This document shows positions 60,095-64,000 of a stretch of DNA of 64,000 bases, piece by piece. A model generated the notes under the pieces. The model saw nothing but the letters and a program-made list of their open reading frames with translations. It had not been told where the DNA came from and searched no databases. The stretch is from Macrostomum lignano (taxonomy: Eukaryota), in contig NIVC01000303.1 of assembly GCA_002269645.1 (NCBI GenBank), forward strand, positions 248,001 to 312,000. Reading direction: 5' to 3'. The translations under genes were made by a program, and so were the position numbers. The first letter of the stretch is position 1. Every line of letters starts with the position of its first letter.

Positions 60095-60535
60095 TAAGTG
60101 GGTGAGTCACGCTTATCAGTTTTCCAGCGGGCCTCTCGACCTCAAACCTCCCTCCTTACCCAGCTTTATCGCCGCTTAGTGGGGTGGGTGGTGCTTATCA
60201 GTTTTCTAGCGGACCTCTCGACCCCAACCCTCCCTCCTTCCTACCCAGCTTTATCGCCGCTTAGTGGGGTGGGTGGTGCTTATCAGTTTTCTAGCGGACC
60301 TCTCGACTCCAACCCTCCCTCCTTCCTACCCAGCTTTATCGCCGCTTAGTGGGGTGGGTGGTGCTTATCAGTTTTCTAGCGGACCTCTCGACTCCAACCC
60401 TCCCTCCTTCCTACCCAGTTTTATCGCCACTAAGTGGGGTGGGTGGTGCTTATCAGTTTTCTAGCGGACCTCTCGACCCCCACCCCCTCCTTCCTACCCC
60501 CAGTTTTATCGCCGCTAAGTGGGGTGGGTGGTTTC
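60095..60535. repeat. 85-bp tandem repeat, ~5 copies
   Basis: AGTGGGGTGGGTGGTGCTTATCAGTTTTCTAGCGGACCTCTCGAC... recurring every 85 bp. Confidence 0.95.
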
Positions 60536-61252
60536 GTTAATCGATTATTTCATCTAATTTCAACCGCAACTATATTCTTGCCTCGCTTGGCTAACAATGC
60601 ACATTTCGTTTCTCTAATTCTTTATAGTGCGCAACAGATTTCAAATTTCTTAAAAAATTAATTATTAATTATTATAATATTAATATTAACGGGACCAAAT
60701 GTTTCCTTTCGTCGAAAGAATATTTCATATCACAGTGGATTTAAGGAGAAAATAAAGAATTAACTTTGCACGAAAATATATAAACGCTAATAATTAGCAG
60801 CTTTCTACTTAAAGCAAGTAGTATGATACTGTTTGCATAATTATACGCTTAGAAAATCTAAATTTACGATTATTCAAAACTAATTCAAAAGGGAATATAG
60901 ATACGTTTAAATAAATAAGTGAATCTGTTTAACACAGTAGAAGCTTTTATCGAACAAGACGAATCAAGTTTCAATACATGAGACCTGGAGATCTGATCTA
61001 ATATTAAAACAATAAAGTCATAATAAATAAACTAAGAATTAAAGGACGGCAGGTACTTAAAATGGACGGAATGTACTTGAAATAAGCCGGATGGAGGGAC
61101 AGGAATGTACCAACAACAAAACAATGTACAGAACGACAATCTAGCTTTAATTCGATAGTTTCAGAATAAAAAATCTGTCCGTCAGTCCGTTTATCGGGCC
61201 AGCCGTTACCCCACTCGAGCATCTAAACTTCTTATCCCCCAACGCGACTCCT

Positions 61253-64000
61253 TCAGGCTGTAGACTGGCCAATAGGCGTGTCATCGAATCGAGTGGTCTT
61301 CACCTTAGCCGCCGGTCTGCCAGCCTGCGGAGGCAAAGCGCCGCCATCTTTCGACAATCGACGAATATGCCGACTTGCCGATCCGCCATTACGCGGACTG
61401 GCCTCGTCGCCTTGCAACGAGGCAGTTCTGGAGGCTCGCTCGTTCACCACGTAGCTAGTTGGGAAATATCCCTGAGTGTTGCCGGACTCCTCCTGGGCTG
61501 GCAGGGGCGATTCCAGCTCGCCCAGCCACCAGCTTTGGCTGTCCTTGTGAATCACCCTGCGGCGGTGTGGCATTAGGGGGGGGGACGGATTGTCGGGCAC
61601 GCCTGACATCTCCATCCTTCTCCCGCCTCTCTCTCATCCCTTTGCCCCCTCGCTCCTATCTCTGTCCCTCTGTCTCTCTCTGTCCCTGTCCCTCTGTCTC
61701 TCTTATCTCTGTCCCTCTGTCTCTCTCTGTCCCTGTCCCTCTGTCTCTCTTATCTCTGTCCCTATATCTCTCTTATCTCTGTCCCTCTCTCTCTCTCTTA
61801 TCTCTGTCCCTCTGTCTCTCTTATCTCTGTCCCTCTGTCTCTCTTATCTCTGTCCCTCTGTCTCTCTTATCTCTGTCCCTCTGTCTCTCTTATCTCTGTC
61901 CCTCTGTCTCTCTTATCTCTGTCCCTCTGTCTCTCTTATCTCTGTCCCTCTGTCTCTCTTATCTCTGTCCCTCTTATCTCTGTCCCTCTGTCTCTCTTAT
62001 CTCTGTCCCTCTCTCTCTCTCTCTCTTATCTCTGTCCCTCTGTCTCTCTTATCTCTGTCCCTCTGTCTCTCTTATCTCTGTCCCTCTGTCTCTCTTATCT
62101 CTGTCCCTCTTATCTCTGTCCCTCTGTCTCTCTTATCTCTGTCCCTCTGTCTCTCTTATCTATGTCCCTCTGTCTCTCTTATCTCTGTCCCTCTTATCTC
62201 TGTCTCTCTTATCTCTGTCCCTCTGTCTCTCTTATCTCTGTCCCTCTGTCTCTCTTATCTCTGTCTCTCTTATCTCTGTCCCTCTGTCTCTCTTATCTCT
62301 GTCCCTCTCTCTCTCTCTTATCTCTGTCCCTCTGTCTCTCTTATCTCTGTCCCTCTGTCTCTCTTATCTCTGTCCCTCTGTCTCTCTTATCTCTGTCCCT
62401 CTGTCTCTCTTATCTCTGTCCCTCTGTCTCTCTTATCTCTGTCCCTCTGTCTCTCTTATCTCTGTCCCTCTGTCTCTCTTATCTCTGTCCCTCTTATCTC
62501 TGTCCCTCTGTCTCTCTTATCTCTGTCCCTCTCTCTCTCTTATCTCTGTCCCTCTGTCTCTCTTATCTCTGTCCCTCTGTCTCTCTTATCTCTGTCCCTC
62601 TGTCTCTCTTATCTCTGTCCCTCTTATCTCTGTCCCTCTGTCTCTCTTATCTCTGTCCCTCTCTCTCTCTTATCTCTGTCCCTCTGTCTCTCTTATCTCT
62701 GTCCCTCTGTCTCTCTTATCTCTGTCCCTCTGTCTCTCTTATCTCTGTCCCTCTGTCTCTCTTATCTCTGTCCCTCTGTCTCTCTTATCTCTGTCCCTCT
62801 CTCTCTCTCTTATCTCTGTCCCTCTCTCTCTCTTATCTCTGTCCCTCTGTCTCTCTTATCTCTGTCCCTCTGTCTCTCTTATCTCTGTCCCTCTGTCTCT
62901 CTTATCTCTGTCCCTCTTATCTCCGTCCCTCTGTCTCTCTTATCTCTGTCCCTCTCTCTCTCTTATCTCTGTTCTCCTCTTTGCCAACATTAATAAAAGA
63001 CAGCCCAAGTTAAATATTTAACTATTTTACCTAATCCTCTGCCCCTTGAAGAAGCTAATCTCGTCGGATCTAGAAGCCTTGTAATCCAGTATAGCGATGA
63101 CAGTCTCTGTGGGGGCTTGTGCCGCCGCCTGCTGCTCCTCCGCTGCGGCTGTTCGTTTCTGACCGGCTCGGTCAATTTTGAAGCTGGCCCGGTTGGCCCC
63201 GTCCAGCAGGAGGGTGAGACGCGGCTTGCCTGCATCCAGCTGACCGTGGCGACCGATTTCAGTGCTTGGCTGCTGCAGATGACGCGGCGTAGTGGAGTCC
63301 ATGGCTCCCGGTAGCAGGGTGGCCACCTGCGGATGGGTGTGGAGGTACATATTGGTTTGAGATTAGGCGATGGGGCGGATAACTGACAGATGACAGATGC
63401 CTAATGGTGGGGGGCGGATAACTATTATGACAGATGCCTAATGGTGGGGGGCGGATAACTATTATGACAGATGCCTAATCGTGGGGGGCGGATAACTATT
63501 ATGACAGATGCCTAATGGTGGGGGGCGGATAACTATTATGACAGATGCCTAATGGTGGGGGGGCGGATAACTATTATGACAGATGCCTAATGGTGGGGGG
63601 CGGATAACTATTATGACAGATGCCTAATGGTGGGGGGGCGGATAACTATTATGACAGATGCCTAATCGTGGGGGGCGGATAACTATTATGACAGATGCCT
63701 AATGGTGGGGGGCGGATAACTATTATGACAGATGCCTAATGGTGGGGGGCGGATAACTATTATGACAGATGCCTAATGGTGGGGGGGCGGATAACTATTA
63801 TGACAGATGCCTAATAGGGGCGGATAAGCCAAACAAGTACATCGAAGATTCCTCAATTCACCTGCGGCATTGTGCCAGTAGAAGCGGCCACGCTCCGCCT
63901 CATGGAGCCGCCAGCCAGCACAGAATCCAGCCGATCCTGGGCCATCCGCGACTTCTTCAGGCCGCCTATTTCTGCTCCAGCGTGAGACCGCTGCATTGTT
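61253..64000 (-). CDS. AHI1: 3' part of AHI1/Jouberin-like protein with C-terminal SH3 domain (partial; gene continues beyond the window)
   Basis: Exons >64000-63862, 63326-63031, 61556-61253 (phases 0,2). SH3 sequence TVIAILDYKASRSDEISFFKGQRIRVIHKDSQSWWLG...QGYFPTSYV resembles the AHI1 SH3 pattern (TVxAxxDYxAxRSDE...IRVxxKD...WWxG). Confidence 0.75.
61650..62975. repeat. 23-bp CT-rich minisatellite in an AHI1 intron
   Basis: Unit TCTGTCCCTCTGTCTCTCTTATC. Confidence 0.95.
63372..63825. repeat. 38-39-bp minisatellite in an AHI1 intron
   Basis: Unit GGGGCGGATAACTATTATGACAGATGCCTAATGGTGG(G). Confidence 0.95.

Overview
Eukaryotic (metazoan) genomic DNA with GT-AG introns, GC-rich exons carrying poly-Q/poly-A tracts, and about 35-40% of the window in short tandem repeats. 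This architecture suggests a Macrostomum-like flatworm (inference only). Seven spliced genes were assembled by hand with phase-compatible splice sites: a RING-less TRIM-NHL-like gene (-, 751-5611); a claudin/PMP22-superfamily tetraspan gene (+, ~10420-13044); NDUFA7 (+, 20396-22674); a 2-exon hypothetical gene (+, 25198-27575); a Delta-like DSL single-pass protein apparently lacking EGF repeats (-, 28789-33265); an RREB1/Hindsight multi-zinc-finger gene (-, 36112-53995); and the 3' end of an AHI1/Jouberin-like SH3 gene (-, 61253->64000). Mobile DNA includes an RTE LINE 3' fragment, two CAGTGGCG-ended MITEs (one nested in a 2.6-kb TIR element) and a CORE-SINE-like fragment. Most long ORFs in the supplied track are artefacts of tandem repeats. 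Top leads: the EGF-less DSL protein next to Hindsight/RREB1, a tandem array of AP-1 sites, intronic minisatellites containing splice-site-like motifs, and an intronic 80-nt hairpin. No prokaryote-type system (CRISPR etc.) is present.
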